A DNA stretch of 27,297 nucleotides from Odoribacteraceae bacterium. Its GTDB lineage: Bacteria; Bacteroidota; Bacteroidia; Bacteroidales; Marinifilaceae. Positions 26,755 to 27,297 of this stretch are shown one piece after another (positions within the stretch are counted from its first letter, which is position 1; every line of letters starts with the position of its first letter). Under the pieces are notes generated by a model. The model was not told the origin of the DNA and made no database searches. It was given only the letters and a program-made list of their open reading frames with translations. A program made the position numbers and the translations under genes. The DNA lies in assembly GCA_031259905.1 (NCBI GenBank), contig JAIRKS010000058.1, forward strand, positions 1 to 27,297, given 5' to 3'.

Positions 26755-26964
26755 GTGTACCACCGCCTCGCCATCATGTCCCACCGCCCCGCCACCATGT
26801 ACCACCGCCCCGCCACCATGTTCCATCGCCCCGCCACCATGTTCCACTGCCCCGCCATCATGTACCACCGCCCCGCCACCATGTTCCACCACCCCGCCAT
26901 CATGTACCACCACCCCGCCATCATGTACCACCGCCCCGCCACCATGTTCCATCGTCCCGCCATC
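26755..26964. repeat. Array 3: ten tandem 21-bp C-rich units, consensus ATGT(A/T)CCACCGCCCCGCCA(C/T)C
   Basis: Units start at 26755, 26776, 26797 and so on to 26944, all exactly 21 bp. The array lies between the convergent dacB and kinase genes. Confidence 0.97.
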
Positions 26965-27000
26965 ATGTTTTTCCGGGGTGGTGGGGACGTGCCGTGTCGT

Positions 27001-27297
27001 TTACCGTCCCCCGGTACGTGACGGCACGATGATGCGCAACGCGCCGGGGATGACGCGCGCGCGGACGGGTGACGTGAAAGTGCAGGGATCCCCGTCGAGG
27101 TGTCCGGTGGAGAAGTCGCCCTCGATGATGATCTCCTCGTGTCGTGTTTCGCGGTAATAGGGGGAATCCGCGAGGCGTCGGGTCATGGCGCGGAAAAGGT
27201 AGAGGGGGAGGAGGTAGAGGGGAGGGCGCTTGATGATGCAGAGATCCAGCAGGCCGTCGCACGTGGAGGCGGCCGGGGCGATGGTGAGGTTGTAGCC
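27001..27297 (-). CDS. YegS/diacylglycerol-kinase family lipid kinase, C-terminal part (5' end outside the window)
   Basis: Hand translation: GYNLTIAPAASTCDGLLDLCII...GHLDGDP...VIPGALRIIVP...stop, matching the GxNxxIAPxAxxxDGLLD and HxDG(E/D) motifs of the family. Confidence 0.85.
   Translation of the reverse strand, partial: GYNLTIAPAASTCDGLLDLCIIKRPPLYLLPLYLFRAMTRRLADSPYYRETRHEEIIIEGDFSTGHLDGDPCTFTSPVRARVIPGALRIIVPSRTGGR

Noticed and set aside
26676-27262. Heptad-repeat ORFs over array 3 (PPPRHHV, MYHRPAT, MVAGRWY and others) as annotated CDS
   Set aside because: The consensus unit has no stop in any frame, so open frames carry no information about coding. There is no supported start context.
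1-27297. Mobile element, prophage, tRNA or rRNA
   Set aside because: I recognised no transposase, integrase, reverse transcriptase or phage gene, and no tRNA cloverleaf or rRNA signature.

Overview
This is a high-GC Bacteroidota chromosomal window; the gene content resembles Odoribacteraceae/Marinifilaceae, which is an inference. From left to right it holds a partial conserved hypothetical gene (minus strand, missing from the ORF track), then rnz and rpsA on the minus strand. Next is a complete Bacteroidota-type dcw cluster (mraZ-rsmH-ftsL-ftsI-murE-mraY-murD-ftsW-murG-murC-ftsQ-ftsA) ending in two diverged tandem ftsZ genes. It continues with a DEAD-box helicase carrying 20 RG[E/D/G] repeats, engB, xseA, xseB, dacB and a convergent, partial YegS/DAG-kinase gene. 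The main unexplained signal is three tandem arrays with unrelated sequences that all have a 21-bp period (693-1123, 13534-13878, 26755-26964), each at or near a gene 3' end. Array 1 contains a perfect Bacteroidota sigma-A promoter, with palindromic units upstream of it and a repeat-built leader of about 230 nt leading to the hypothetical gene. Array 2 is read in frame as a Cys/Leu heptad tail on FtsW. Array 3 is flanked by inverted fragments of its own unit. All calls come from reading the sequence and recognising motifs; no database searches were run.
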